From an uncultured virus (IMG/VR IMGVR_UViG_3300028745_000006) (Duplodnaviria; Heunggongvirae; Uroviricota; Caudoviricetes), in the IMG/VR virus record IMGVR_UViG_3300028745_000006: a DNA stretch of 64,000 nucleotides; one strand, written 5' to 3'. Under the pieces are notes generated by a model that was not told the DNA's origin, did no database searches, and worked only from the letters and a program-made list of their open reading frames with translations. This document shows, in pieces, positions 39,387-53,547 of the stretch (positions are counted from its first letter, which is position 1; each line of letters opens with the position of its first letter). The position numbers and the translations under genes were made by a program.

Positions 39387-39641
39387 ATGACGACGGACGA
39401 GACCCCCGAGTGGCCCACGGATCTGGCCGTAGCCGTCTGCTTGCGCCAGATCTCCGCCGACCTGGAGAACGGCACCGCAGAGGTCTTCTGCGCCAACTGC
39501 GCCGCGGTGGAGACCCTGTCGGACGACACCAGCCCCTTCTGGCCCGGGAGCGAGACCGGCTTCCGCGCATGGCTCAACCACTTCGGCGGCCTGTCGTCCG
39601 AGGAGATCGACGCGGCCGTTCTCCCGCTCAAAAACACATGA
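39387..39641 (+). CDS. Hypothetical protein
   Basis: 84 aa, coding-like codon usage. Confidence 0.5.
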   Translation: MTTDETPEWPTDLAVAVCLRQISADLENGTAEVFCANCAAVETLSDDTSPFWPGSETGFRAWLNHFGGLSSEEIDAAVLPLKNT

Positions 39642-39658
39642 GCCGAAGTCGTGAGCAA

Positions 39659-40120
39659 ATGAAAAATCGCGTGAGAGATCTCGCTGCCGTTCTTCTGGTG
39701 TTTCTTTCCGCGTGCAGCAACCCGCTGGTGGACATCGGGGACCAGGAGTGCGCCGACTCTCCCAGCTCTTGCGTGGCGCCGGCCCCTTCGTGCGGAGGGA
39801 TGGTGGTGCCCGCGTGTCCGGCTGGATGCCAGCCAAAGTGCTATTCCCCGACGCACGAGATGGTGCTCAAGGGAGCGCTGGCGGAGTGGGAGTGCGACCC
39901 CACCGACCCCCAGGCGACCGGCTACGGCATCTGCGTGATCGATGCTGGCCCGAGTTCGTGTTTCGCGAACGAAGGCGCGTGCGGCCAGGACGCGTACTGC
40001 TGCTCGGGCCTGTGCTCCGAGCAGGGTGTATGCGAGGCATGCCGTGCGCCGCTCGAGGGGTGCACGACGGACCTGGAGTGCTGCGCCGGCGTGTGCAGCC
40101 TCAACGCCTGCGGAGGATAA
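39659..40120 (+). CDS. Cys-rich lipoprotein
   Basis: Lipobox LSAC; repeated C..CC.G.C modules. Confidence 0.7.
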   Translation: MKNRVRDLAAVLLVFLSACSNPLVDIGDQECADSPSSCVAPAPSCGGMVVPACPAGCQPKCYSPTHEMVLKGALAEWECDPTDPQATGYGICVIDAGPSSCFANEGACGQDAYCCSGLCSEQGVCEACRAPLEGCTTDLECCAGVCSLNACGG

Positions 40121-40230
40121 ATGAGCGACAAGAAAGACGAGAAACTGCGCGAATGGTGGGAGCTCGCCAAGCTCTCGCCATCGAAGAAAGTGCGTCGTCG
40201 GGCTCTCTCTCTTTCGCAGAAGAGGTAACG

Positions 40231-40323
40231 ATGCCGAGATCGGCCAATACAGAAGCCAAGGTCCGGCTCAACCTGGAACTGCCCGAGCGAGTCCGCGAAG
40301 AGCGTGAACTGATCATCAAGTAG
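40231..40323 (+). pseudogene. Truncated RHH-like regulator fragment
   Basis: GAGGT RBS; KVRLNLELPERVRE stops after 30 aa, just upstream of a half repeat. Confidence 0.4.
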
Positions 40324-40366
40324 AGGTTCGACGACGGCCCACCGTCGGGGATCCCGGGGTGGGACA

Positions 40367-40397
40367 CTGGTGGGGGTGCCGGGGGCGAAGCCCCTGG
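40367..40397 (-). repeat. Half copy of the 70-bp repeat
   Basis: CTGGTGGGGGTGCCGGGGGCGAAGCCCCTGG. Confidence 0.75.
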
Positions 40398-40443
40398 TAC
40401 GATCCCGGTGTCAGATCTCGTGCGGCTCACGCGTCGTAGGTCC

Positions 40444-41025
40444 ATGACCCCTACCGAACGTGTTCACCTCGCCTTCGCCACCACCCGCCAGATCCTTCCT
40501 GGCCACCTCGAGCGCTGCTTGACGCAAAGGGCCGCGGGGCCGCGCGCGGCCGGCTCGACCTACATCCTGTCCACCGAGGCGCTCGAGCGCGCGCTCCTTG
40601 GCGCGACCTGGGAGACGTACGAGCACCCGGCGATCGAGGAGGACTGCGCGGGCTTCACCGCGCCCATCGCGGGCCGCCTGGGGGTGGTTGCGCTGGCGAG
40701 CCTTCCGCCGTGGGAGCTCGTCACGCTCGACGATCCCAAGGGCGAGGGGGAGACCGACGTGCTCCTTCGCCGGCGCAACATCCCCGGCCGCGACCGCGTC
40801 GACTTCACCGTCATCCTCCTGGGCCCCGTCGACGATACCGGCGCCTCTCCGCACGGCGCCGAGCCTCGCCTTCGCCTCCACGAGGTAGTCTACACCTTCC
40901 ACCCCGGCGCGCCCATCGTCCCCGCCCGCGTCTGCCCGACCGTCTGCGGCCCCGACGGACGCACGATCCGCGTCGACCAGGCTCTCCGCTTCGGCTTCAC
41001 CCACGCCAAGATCGTCGCCGGGTAG
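40444..41025 (+). CDS. Hypothetical protein
   Basis: 193 aa, VYTFHPG motif. Confidence 0.65.
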   Translation: MTPTERVHLAFATTRQILPGHLERCLTQRAAGPRAAGSTYILSTEALERALLGATWETYEHPAIEEDCAGFTAPIAGRLGVVALASLPPWELVTLDDPKGEGETDVLLRRRNIPGRDRVDFTVILLGPVDDTGASPHGAEPRLRLHEVVYTFHPGAPIVPARVCPTVCGPDGRTIRVDQALRFGFTHAKIVAG

Positions 41026-41032
41026 CGGACCG

Positions 41033-41106
41033 CTCGGGGGCTGCGCGCCCCCGACCCCCGCGCCAGGGCCTACCGGCCCTGGACCCTGCGGCTCACGATG
41101 TTCGCG
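41033..41106 (+). repeat. 70-bp repeat, intergenic
   Basis: GGGGGCTGCGCGCCCCC..CCAGGGCC-TACC-GGCCCTGG..CTCACGATGTTCGC. Confidence 0.9.
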
Positions 41107-41136
41107 AAGAGGGCCTTCGGCGAGCTGAAATGGAGG

Positions 41137-41169
41137 AAAGGGCCGGACCCTTTCGAGTCCGGCCCCTTC
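41137..41169. terminator. Hairpin between convergent units
   Basis: GGGCCGGAC-CCTTTCGA-GTCCGGCCC. Confidence 0.6.
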
Positions 41170-41462
41170 AGGCACATTCACCCGCTTGCCCGGGTGCCCC
41201 TTCGACTTTCACTTCGACGTGCTTGGGGCGCGCAACTGGCAGAGGAAGAATCTACAATCTCTGACGTCGACCGGCAAGCTTTTACATGCTGTCCTCAGTC
41301 GAAATCGCCTGGCTCGCCGCGAGTTACGTGGACCTTGTGGTCCTTGTCGTCGAGGAGCGAGCCGAGGGCGCCCATCATCATTTTCTCCCGGGTTCCCTGG
41401 TCGGCCTCCATGAACTTCCGGCGCTTCTCCGGCGGCCATGTGGTTGAGGGCCCCGTGGTTCT

Positions 41463-41984
41463 TCATTCGCTCGCTCCTCTTGCCGCAACGATGGCCACCT
41501 GCTCGTTGTGCCGCGTGGCGTCCCTTGGCGAGATGGCACGGATCGCGACATGGACGGTTTCGAGCTCGCGAAGAGCGACCGCGAATCTGGCTTCAGCTTC
41601 AGCGAGTGCTCGGAGGCTTGGCTCGCCCTTCCAGCCACCTTTCGGGCTCTGGGCGCGAGCGAGCGCCTCACAAGCGACCACCGCGGCCGCGCCGGCGTCT
41701 GCGCGTGCCACGAGAAGACCTCCGAGCTCGTGTCCTGCGTGTCCTGCCATGGGTACGCCGCCGCCGGCCTTGATCACGGCGACGATGCGCCTTGCCTCTG
41801 CTGCGCAGTGTTGCACCGTCTCGTGCCCATGGGCGTCGCAGCCGTGTTCCTTGAGCAGGTGGTCTGCGGCGTTGGCGAGCTGAGCGAGCACGTCCCAGAG
41901 CGGCCACGGGTTGGCCGCGTTCAGCACCTCGACGAGGCGTGCTTCCGACGCCTCCGCGCGTGACTTCCAGTCGGGCACGTTCAT
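41463..41984 (-). CDS. Hypothetical protein
   Basis: GAGGAG RBS. Confidence 0.55.
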   Translation of the reverse strand: MNVPDWKSRAEASEARLVEVLNAANPWPLWDVLAQLANAADHLLKEHGCDAHGHETVQHCAAEARRIVAVIKAGGGVPMAGHAGHELGGLLVARADAGAAAVVACEALARAQSPKGGWKGEPSLRALAEAEARFAVALRELETVHVAIRAISPRDATRHNEQVAIVAARGASE

Positions 41985-41998
41985 GTTGGCGAGTCTCC

Positions 41999-42304
41999 TC
42001 AGCGTGCGTGATGGAGACAATAGGCCATCACCAAGACGGCGATCATGGGCAGAACCCCACCCAACCACCACCAGCAAGCTCGTGTCCATTCGGTGCCGGC
42101 GGGGTCGGCCATGCCGCGTCGGGTGACGCGCACCAGCGCGACAATCGTCGCGATCGCGAGTAGCGATGACGCGCTGCCGCGCAGCTCCTCGATCGGCTCG
42201 TGCTCTTTGATGACGAGGATCGCCTCCGCGCAAAAGGCCACGAACGTGAGGGCCAGGCAGAGGACATCCGCGCCTACGATGACGCGGAACGGTTTGATTT
42301 TCAT
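41999..42304 (-). CDS. Small 3-TM membrane protein
   Basis: Three hydrophobic segments, GGAGGAG RBS, ATGA coupling. Confidence 0.6.
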   Translation of the reverse strand: MKIKPFRVIVGADVLCLALTFVAFCAEAILVIKEHEPIEELRGSASSLLAIATIVALVRVTRRGMADPAGTEWTRACWWWLGGVLPMIAVLVMAYCLHHAR

Positions 42305-43353
42305 GACTCCTCCGTGCTGGAGACGACGCTCGGCGCCACGTTGATCTCGCCGGTGACGATGATCTCTGAAGGCTCAGCAATCCAGCCAGTGAGCTGGCAG
42401 CCATGCGAGCACCCGGTCCCGTCAAAGTCGATACCTTGCCAGCGACCCTTGTGATCCGGGCACATGCGCGTGCGCAGCGCTTCGCCTTGGTAGAGAAGCC
42501 GCAGAAGAAGATTGGACTTGCTGATGCTAAAGAACGTGCGCTCGGCGGCATCCGCCTCAGCCTTGAAGCTCCCGAGTTCCTGAATCGCGTGATCGCGTGG
42601 CGTCCGCTCGGTGTCGTGGGTACTCTGCGCGGTCGCCGTTTCAATGCGCGATCGGGCGTAAACGCCGAGCTCTTTGTCGATGCCAGGCCACAGCGCATAG
42701 CGCGCTCGATGGGCGCCCCGTCGCGCGCGAGCCGAGTCTGCGACGGCCGGCGTCAGCGGCGCACCACCGGGCCGATGGCCTCGTAGCCTGGAGCCAGCGA
42801 TCGACATCGGGTCATCCGAGCCTTGCCACAGGTATGTCGCGGTGTTCGCACGAAGGGCGCGGATCCAGTCGATCCACCACCCCTCAACCGTGCCTGGTCG
42901 AACGCTGTCGAGATCGTCGAAAAAGCTGCGAACGATGATTGATGCGGGGTGTGAATCCGCATACACTACCGCGGCTCTGGTCCAGATCGTCGCGTGGCTT
43001 GAGTGTTGCTTCAGCGAAGCGACAACGGCGTCGCGTGCGTTGTCGTAGCGTGGCGCGTGACTGTCGAAGCCGTCGACGTCTCGCGTCGACTGGCCTGGCC
43101 AGTACCACTGCCCCGTGTGCGCGCGCGCAGGAAGCCCGCGCACGAGCTCGAAGTCGATGCCACCGATGGAGTCGGATTCGCGCTGGCGGTAGAACGTGAG
43201 GCTTGGCCACTTGAAGCTCTTGCCGAGAAGGCACGCGAGGAGGAAGTCCAGCGGGTCACGCACGGGGACGTACGTCGTGCTGTCCAACTGACCCCTGATC
43301 ACGACGCGCTTTGGGAGGCTATTCAAAATCTTATGTGCCACGAACCGCTCCAT
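42301..43353 (-). CDS. Hypothetical protein with C-terminal Cys/His cluster
   Basis: 350 aa; CPDHKG..CSHGC. Confidence 0.55.
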   Translation of the reverse strand: MERFVAHKILNSLPKRVVIRGQLDSTTYVPVRDPLDFLLACLLGKSFKWPSLTFYRQRESDSIGGIDFELVRGLPARAHTGQWYWPGQSTRDVDGFDSHAPRYDNARDAVVASLKQHSSHATIWTRAAVVYADSHPASIIVRSFFDDLDSVRPGTVEGWWIDWIRALRANTATYLWQGSDDPMSIAGSRLRGHRPGGAPLTPAVADSARARRGAHRARYALWPGIDKELGVYARSRIETATAQSTHDTERTPRDHAIQELGSFKAEADAAERTFFSISKSNLLLRLLYQGEALRTRMCPDHKGRWQGIDFDGTGCSHGCQLTGWIAEPSEIIVTGEINVAPSVVSSTEES

Positions 43354-44160
43354 TTCATGCCTGCTAGGCCATGATCGCTACCGTAACACAGAACACAGAG
43401 CTGTTACTGTCCACACGCCGGACAGATCACAGGCTCACGATCGCGGCCCTGCGGGTCGCCTCGTTGTTCGTCGGGGCCCACGTGAGCGGGCGCCCGTCCT
43501 CGGCGGCGTGGGTCACGAGGGCGACCTCGACGGGGATGTCGCCGAAGCGCGGACCGGCGCCGGCGCTGACGCGGTAGCGCGCGCCGTTGACATGGGTGAG
43601 CCCGGCGGCGTCCCGAAGCGAGACCACGGGGGCGGCGGCGTCGATAGTCTTGGGGCGGCTCACCCGTCCATCCCGTTGACCGCCTCGTCCTCGGCGATGG
43701 CGGCGGCGTCCTCGTTGTTCATGGTCTGGGATCTCCTGTCGGCGAAGCCCCCAGGGCCGGGCGGCCGAGGGGTCGGGATGGGAGCGGCGGGCGGCGTCAG
43801 CGAGGTATGAACACCAGATCCCTCGACGGGACGTGGGGCTCCACGACGACGCGCTTGCCGGTGCCGTTGCAGTGGATGCACGGCTGCCACCCGTGGCCCC
43901 ACCCGACGAAGATGTGCCCGACGACGTGGTTGACGGCGCCATTGCTCTGCTTGCAGTCGGGGCACTCCACGGCGTTGACGGAGCCCCCGGGGATGGGGAC
44001 GAACAGCGAACAAGAGGGGACGTGCTCGCGCGATGCCCAGCCGTTGCAGTGGGGATAGCCTACGCACTTGGGGTCGGTCGTGTTCATGTTCATGGTGGGC
44101 TGCTTTCTCCCGGGTTCGTCGCCCCGGTGAGAAACATCATGAGACCTGAATCGCACGCCG

Positions 44161-44178
44161 TCAAGATTTGTTTCTTGA
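44161..44178. promoter_or_regulatory. TCAAGA-N6-TCTTGA palindrome at a TTGACG-N17-CATGAT promoter (minus strand)
   Basis: TCAAGA TTTGTT TCTTGA. Confidence 0.65.
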
Positions 44179-44222
44179 TTTCTTGGAGTGTCCTAGGACA
44201 GCCGCACGCCGTACTCGTTCCC

Positions 44223-44290
44223 CGCGAACATCGTGAGCCGCGGGGTCCAGGGCCCAGGCCCTGGCGGGGGTGTCGGGGGCGGAGCCCCTG
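44223..44290 (-). repeat. 70-bp repeat directly after the dnaE stop
   Basis: Full consensus copy ending 6 nt from the stop codon. Confidence 0.95.
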
Positions 44291-44296
44291 ACGCTT

Positions 44297-47566
<3,270 letters not shown>

Positions 47567-47598
47567 GGCGAAGGCTCCTGTAGAAGTCCAGAGAGCGT

Positions 47599-47667
47599 CA
47601 GGGGCTTCGCCCCCGACACCCCCACCAGGGCCAAAGGGCCCTGGACCCTACGGCTCACGATGTTCGC
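47599..47667 (+). repeat. 70-bp repeat directly upstream of dnaE
   Basis: Near reverse complement of the 44223 copy. Confidence 0.95.
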
Positions 47668-47789
47668 AAAGGAGAGGGCCGCCGTCTTATGGGTCTTTTG
47701 CACTTTTCACGTGCGATGGGGCGCCTTCGAAGTGTCTGTGTCATCCATGCGATCGCGATCAGTCTCCACGCTTGCCGCCTTTTTGTGCG

Positions 47790-48701
47790 TTACTGGCCTT
47801 CGATGATTGCATCGAGCGAATAGATGGCTGCTCTATTCGCGTAAGAAATCTCGACAACGCTGCCAGACGTTGTCTTCTGGTCGAAGTCCATATCTTTGTC
47901 CATGACCCTTCTCGCCTGTGCGAGCCATTCCTCCCTGTTGCTGGCCATGCTCCGCCCATAGGCGGAAAAAAAGAGCCGGCGCCCTTCGCACAGTACAGTC
48001 TCGAGCTCGTCAATCGTGAGAAAAACAGCGTTGTCGCGCTCTTCCACATGGTTGTCGACGACGCCGATCGTAACTCCTCCCAAGCTCCCCTGGACAACCA
48101 GGTGGTCTACGCTGTCGTAGCGCGGCCAGATCGTGACCTGCTCGCGGTCGAATCGCTGGAACGTCTCGATGGTTCCGCGCTTCCCTTCGCCGTCGAGAGG
48201 TGGATCGCGCACGATTGCGGGCTCCCGCATGCGGGCAACGTTGGCCTCGAGCGCCAGGACACGTGCCTGGGCCTTTTCCAGGCTAGCTTGATCTCTCGCG
48301 ATGGCGCCGAACAGCCGGTCGAGCGCCGCCTGCGTCGGACGACACGGGGTGACCGGATAGTCGACTCCCCTAGACTCAGCGACGGCGAGCTCTTCGCAGA
48401 GGAGGCAGACGTCATCCAGGCCAGCGCCTTGCGCCCATCGGTGGCGGATCGCGGTAGTCCCGTTCCGTTTTGCCATCTTGGCATCTTCAATCTCGACCAC
48501 TCTACGTGCGGCGATCTGACGTCCGTCCGGCGCGATCTCGAACGTGATGTGGCGACGGCCCCTGCGCCTCTCGATCCCGTATCCATTCCGAAGGATTGCA
48601 TTGACCGTAGGAACGGGACCCGTAGCAACTCCGCGCGGATTCTCGTAAGCCTTTGCCAGGAGATCGGCCTGTGCGCTCGACAGCTTCTCTGATCTCGTCA
48701 T
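47790..48701 (-). CDS. Hypothetical protein
   Basis: About 303 aa from MTRSEK. Confidence 0.55.
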   Translation of the reverse strand: MTRSEKLSSAQADLLAKAYENPRGVATGPVPTVNAILRNGYGIERRRGRRHITFEIAPDGRQIAARRVVEIEDAKMAKRNGTTAIRHRWAQGAGLDDVCLLCEELAVAESRGVDYPVTPCRPTQAALDRLFGAIARDQASLEKAQARVLALEANVARMREPAIVRDPPLDGEGKRGTIETFQRFDREQVTIWPRYDSVDHLVVQGSLGGVTIGVVDNHVEERDNAVFLTIDELETVLCEGRRLFFSAYGRSMASNREEWLAQARRVMDKDMDFDQKTTSGSVVEISYANRAAIYSLDAIIEGQ

Positions 48702-49149
48702 TGAACGACTCAAAAATCCTTGAAGGCGCCCATCGCAGCAGAGAAGCGAGTGGCCATCAGGCGCTCCTCGCGGGTCGCTTCGTCGTGTTCGCTTGCGGCG
48801 TGGAGCGCCCAGGCGGCCAGGGACTTCATCAGCCGCTCGGCCCCGTAGCGTCGCACGGCTTCCCGAAGACCTACCTTGCGCGGCGCGCCGTGCAGCCACG
48901 CCTTCGACCATCCCTCTCGGTCCCCCCCTGCGCTCGACGTAGTCGTAGGTACCGTCCTTCTCCTGCGTCCTGTGCTTCGGGAGCTCGCGCGCCTCTGCGG
49001 CGAGCATCGGCTGCGCCACCCGAAGCGCCTCACGGAGGAGGTTTGCGCCGGCGCGCCTGGAGAGGCGAAGCGCGTGTCCGTGGCGAGCACGGGCCGAAGA
49101 GAGCGACCTCATTGAGGAGGAGATCATGTCGAGCATGGGAGCCAACTTT

Positions 49150-49617
49150 CTACGCCTTGCGGCGCGTTCTGACGCCGCGGAGCAAGCCCTGTTCCACAGC
49201 TCCGCCGAACACGTCCACGAACGCCTCCGCCGAGTCGACGAGGATGCCGCCTTCGGCCGGCCCGTCGTTGAGGGTGGCCCGCACGGGCGGCCAGTCCCGA
49301 CGCACGAGGCGCCACGCGGTCGCCATCGTCGCCTTGTTGACCCACCGATCGCTGGCGAGGTTGACCCGTTCGCCGTCCACGTCGGCGACCGTGCGCTGGA
49401 TGGTCGGATCGTCGATGCGCGCCCAGACGTCGCCCTCTTGTACGTCGACCTCGATCGTCTCCAGCTCGGCGACCCGAACAAGCGCGGCGACGAGCGCGCT
49501 ATGGTGGCGGTCCGCATAGCCAGCGGGCCAGTCCACCCCGTGTCGCCTCGCGGCGACCATCTGGCCGTCGTCGATGTCGAACGCGTATTTCCCGTCGGCA
49601 AGGCTCACCGTCTTCAT
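49150..49617 (-). CDS. Hypothetical protein
   Basis: 155 aa. Confidence 0.55.
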   Translation of the reverse strand: MKTVSLADGKYAFDIDDGQMVAARRHGVDWPAGYADRHHSALVAALVRVAELETIEVDVQEGDVWARIDDPTIQRTVADVDGERVNLASDRWVNKATMATAWRLVRRDWPPVRATLNDGPAEGGILVDSAEAFVDVFGGAVEQGLLRGVRTRRKA

Positions 49618-49773
49618 CGCTTCTCTGCCTCCTCGCACGCGCCGAAGGCCGGCGCCGCGGTTGCAGCGTCGGCCATGTAGGCGTCATCCGGGGAGGGGGT
49701 GAGCTCGGGTCCTGTCGCTAGGCCCGAGCCTGGGCCGCGGCCTCTCTACCCGCCGCGGCTTGGTCTTGGGCCG

Positions 49774-50286
49774 CTACGCGGTCGCGCGCGGCGTCCCCCC
49801 GGCGGTGGGAGCGCTCGCGGTGCCTTGCCCCCCGGCGGCGTCTTGCGCTGGGCGCGCGGGCGTGGGCGCCGGGCGCGCCGGACGCGTCGGGGCGCTCGGC
49901 TGGACGCAGCGGATCTCACCGTAGTCGTAGCGCTGGCGGCCCCCGCCGATCTCGACCAGCCCTCCGCGCATGGTCGCGCGCAACTTGCTCCCGAGCTTGC
50001 GGCTCCACACCATCGCGCTCGGCGTGTCGAGCTGGTAGGCGAACACGCCCGCGATCGACGTACCCGCCTGGATGACCTCGCTCCTCGCGGCCGATCGTGA
50101 GGCCCGCCAGGATCGAACCCATCCTCGTTTGCGAGCGGCGTCTCTCAGCGTCGCCTCCGCGGAGGCGGCTCGACCGAGCCCGCGCCTGTCCAGCTCCCGG
50201 CGGATGTCGGCCGGCCTGACGTCGCGATCGCCCCCACCGTACCGAACGGCAGCGGTAAGCAGAACAGAGTACAAGATCGCGTCCAT
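49774..50286 (-). CDS. Hypothetical protein
   Basis: AAGG RBS, downstream of a promoter/palindrome. Confidence 0.55.
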   Translation of the reverse strand: MDAILYSVLLTAAVRYGGGDRDVRPADIRRELDRRGLGRAASAEATLRDAARKRGWVRSWRASRSAARSEVIQAGTSIAGVFAYQLDTPSAMVWSRKLGSKLRATMRGGLVEIGGGRQRYDYGEIRCVQPSAPTRPARPAPTPARPAQDAAGGQGTASAPTAGGTPRATA

Positions 50287-50361
50287 GGCCTTCTTTCGCG
50301 AGTGGCCAGCCTTTGGCCGCGCGCAGTTGACGTTGGGAGGGTACGTCTTGGATTCGCGCTG

Positions 50362-50379
50362 TCAAGATAGCTTTCTTGT
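50362..50379. promoter_or_regulatory. TCAAGA-N6-TCTTGT palindrome overlapping minus-strand TTGACA
   Basis: TCAAGA TAGCTT TCTTGT. Confidence 0.65.
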
Positions 50380-50842
50380 CAACGCCGCGTCGGCGGTCCG
50401 GCGTAGATCCCGGACGTCAACAGGCCCGCGATCAGAAGAGCGTTGCGCGCGGCGTTCGCTGCGGGGCGCGCTTGCGGAAGATCGGCCTCCGGATCGGCTT
50501 CTGGAAGCTTGAAAGGTTGAGGCGCAGGGCGACCGGGGAGCACGATCGGCCACTGCTCGGTGACGTAACGAGCGCTGCCGCGCTGCGCCACTCGTTGCAG
50601 CACGTTGTGGTCGAAGCAGGCGAGCTCGAACATGGGCACGTGGGCGATGCCGTCGCCGTCTTGGCGCCGAACGAAGATGAAGGGGAAGCCGCTTCGCCTT
50701 CTCGTGCCAGGTTCCTCCGCTCGCCACTGCCCGAGCTCGATCGGCTCTGGCATCGGATCCCGGTGCGGCTTCCCGCGGACAGAGAATCGACAGCACGCCG
50801 GCATGCGCGGCGGAAACGGACAAGCGACTCGATCGGAAGAAC

Positions 50843-52162
50843 TCATGTTGGTTGCCTCGACTCCCGAAGTGAAGTGCGACTGACGTGCTCGAAATTTCGA
50901 TGAACGAACGCATCTGCCCACGCGATCGCACTTTCTCGATTCATTGGAAGGGTCGTGAGCACATCATACGGCCCCAAACGATACGAGACAGCTCCTTCTC
51001 CGATCGTTCTGTCAAGCCTATCGAGAGCAGAGCTCGACATGGCAGCCGCGATGCGCTTGGCCATGAAAGCAGAAAGAAAAGACAGGAAACCAGCCCGAGC
51101 CAAGCTGACCTCAAAGACGAGGCACTCGACGATTTCGACAGGAGAAATAGCCATTCCGAATCCAATCTCACGCTCTCGTGGAGACAAGCCGCCAAGGAAG
51201 CTCCACGCCCCGTTGCTGCTCGCGCCAAACGACTCTTTTGCTCTGTAGTCGTCGACACTCCACACTTGCGCTTTTTCTTTTCCGACGCGGATTTCCCCCA
51301 TGTGCCGCACCCGAACTCCAGCGGCAGCTCCTGCGAATCCATAGGCCGCCCTCTGACCGCGCCGGAGAGGCGAGTCCTCGTCGCTGTCTTTCTTCTCGAG
51401 CTCGCTCTCCATCGTCGCGCTGGGAAGCCACAGCGCCATTCCGGATCGGTTCTCCATCTTGAGCTCCGTGGCTCGTCGCCGGTCGACCTCGCCCATCTCG
51501 CGTGAAATGGCCACTGCCGATCCGAGGGCGTACTCCTCTCGTGTCTCCCACGGCTCCTCTCCCGCTTGTGCTGCCACTCGAAAGGAGAGCCCCGCGTAGA
51601 GCAAGCGCGCCGCTGCCACGGCGGTGCGGGTTCCAAGAACGCGCATCTCGAGATCCGGCATGGGAACCCGGACGATCGTAGGCTGCGCAGCCTCGATGCT
51701 CGCATCATGGCCGCACGCGAAAGAATCAGCAAAGGGGCCCAGCGAAGAGAGCGAAGGGTCCAGCTCCAGCTTCTCCTCCATCGAGGCCATCGCGTCTTCT
51801 ACGTTGACATCGATCTCGACCCAAGGACGGTGGCCGGAGAAGCCGGAGAACGTGACGGCCGTCGTGGCAAGAAGGCCGCGCCACCACGGCATGCCAGCCC
51901 GCGTGACGATCCCGTCGTCCGTTGCCGCACGAGCCCCAGGAGGGGCGTAGGCGCGGATGCGCGTTTCGGCGAGACGCCACTGGCCCATCGTGTCCTCGAT
52001 CGCCTGCTCGAGCGTGGCGCGCTCCCCTTCGCTCGAGGTCATCGTCTCCGCGCGCAAGAGCATCCGAGCAACCTTCTCCACCGCATCGAGCGTCGGTTGG
52101 CTCGCGAGGCTGGTCTGGAGAACGAAGGGCCGATCGTTTTTCATCTCCGCATTGACTATCAC
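50843..52162 (-). CDS. Hypothetical protein, about 435 aa
   Basis: Long ORF; GGAG near MKNDR; no family recognised. Confidence 0.65.
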   Translation of the reverse strand: MIVNAEMKNDRPFVLQTSLASQPTLDAVEKVARMLLRAETMTSSEGERATLEQAIEDTMGQWRLAETRIRAYAPPGARAATDDGIVTRAGMPWWRGLLATTAVTFSGFSGHRPWVEIDVNVEDAMASMEEKLELDPSLSSLGPFADSFACGHDASIEAAQPTIVRVPMPDLEMRVLGTRTAVAAARLLYAGLSFRVAAQAGEEPWETREEYALGSAVAISREMGEVDRRRATELKMENRSGMALWLPSATMESELEKKDSDEDSPLRRGQRAAYGFAGAAAGVRVRHMGEIRVGKEKAQVWSVDDYRAKESFGASSNGAWSFLGGLSPREREIGFGMAISPVEIVECLVFEVSLARAGFLSFLSAFMAKRIAAAMSSSALDRLDRTIGEGAVSYRLGPYDVLTTLPMNRESAIAWADAFVHRNFEHVSRTSLRESRQPT

Positions 52163-52776
52163 GATAAAGTGTCGCGGACAAAGCGAGAAAAGAAAAAGGC
52201 CCGACGCTCACGCGCAGGGCCTATCCGGGGGATCTTCGCGGGTCGCTCACCCCCTTGCGCCGCTCTACTCGAGAGCCTGTCCACCAAACCACGAGGGCGA
52301 ACCTTCCGTGATTGAAGCAGCGAAGGTATCGGTAAGACGCCTCGTAGCGCTGACGCTGATTCTATGGCTACAATGGCTCCCACGTCAACACTCGACCAGA
52401 TACCGCTGCACTTTCTTCCCACGCGGCCCGATGCTCTGCGCACGAGCACAGCGATAGGCCAGTGGCTACATGCGTCGCCCTGCGCTGGCACCGAAGGGCA
52501 GGATTTGGGCTATTGATGCCGAAGTCGCACGGCAGACGACGAACGATTCCGAGAAGCTCGGGCAGGTTCGGCGAAACAGCGCTCACCGAAGGACCTTCAC
52601 GATCTCTCCTGCGGGCGATTCGCCAGAATCAACAAGCGCACCGTAGAGGCTCTCGCACATTACGATACCTCTTTTCTTCCACTTGGCAGCGTCTCTGCCG
52701 CAGTAGTTCATGCGCGGGACGCTGTCCTTCTGGTAGTGCGTCGCCGGCTTGTCGCAGTCTTCGCAGATAGGGCGAC

Positions 52777-53193
52777 TCACGTCTTTTGCCTTGTGCTTTG
52801 CCTGACGCCCATCGCCACCAGCATCGCGTCGAGGTGATCGAGGCAAACCGCGATATTTTCCGCCACGTCCGTAGACGGATTCCGGATTGGCTCTTCGAGA
52901 ATGCGACGTCGAAAATCCTCCGTGTCGAACACGGGCTCGAATCGAATGCGCGATGCCGTGTTCCCGGTTTGCACAGCGGGCTCCAGCAAATCGCTCTCGT
53001 CGAGAAACAAGAGGCAGTACCCGTCGATCGTCCCCGCGGTCCTGCGCTTCCGGATCTCGGTCAGCGCGGCCTCCCAGGCCATGTCTCCCAGAAGCGAGTC
53101 CACCGAGCAGTGCAAAAGAGCGCGTCGGGCCCCAGCAAGCCGCGGACCGTCTTGTCCCCATGGATGACCGGAAACCGGAAGCTGATTCGTCAT
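52777..53193 (-). CDS. Hypothetical protein
   Basis: 138 aa. Confidence 0.5.
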   Translation of the reverse strand: MTNQLPVSGHPWGQDGPRLAGARRALLHCSVDSLLGDMAWEAALTEIRKRRTAGTIDGYCLLFLDESDLLEPAVQTGNTASRIRFEPVFDTEDFRRRILEEPIRNPSTDVAENIAVCLDHLDAMLVAMGVRQSTRQKT

Positions 53194-53547
53194 GATCGGC
53201 TGGCCTCGAGCCCATGGCTCATTTTCGGAAGATGGAAGCGCGTACCCTCGCGAGGAAGGTGCCGATGGGACTGCGGACGGAGCTCTCGAAAGCGTCTACG
53301 GCGCGCTTCCATCGGCGTCCGTGCCGTCACTCGTAGCGTGACGGTCACGTTCTCTCTTTTCGCTCGCGCTTGCGGCGATTCCGCAGGCGCCTCGCAGCAT
53401 CCGCATCGTGCGCCTCGGGAACCGTAAGGGTTGAGGCTAGAGCGGTACGCGTGCGCGGGACATGCTCATGGCACCGATCTTGAGCGAGAAGCATCAGGCT
53501 CAAGCTCACGAGTGGGCTCGAGATGAGCCCGCCGAAGTGACGGTGGA

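Noticed and set aside
43740..43778. Additional repeat copy (GGCGAAGCCCCCAGGGCC)
   Set aside because: Sub-motifs are short and out of order; could be chance in GC-rich DNA.
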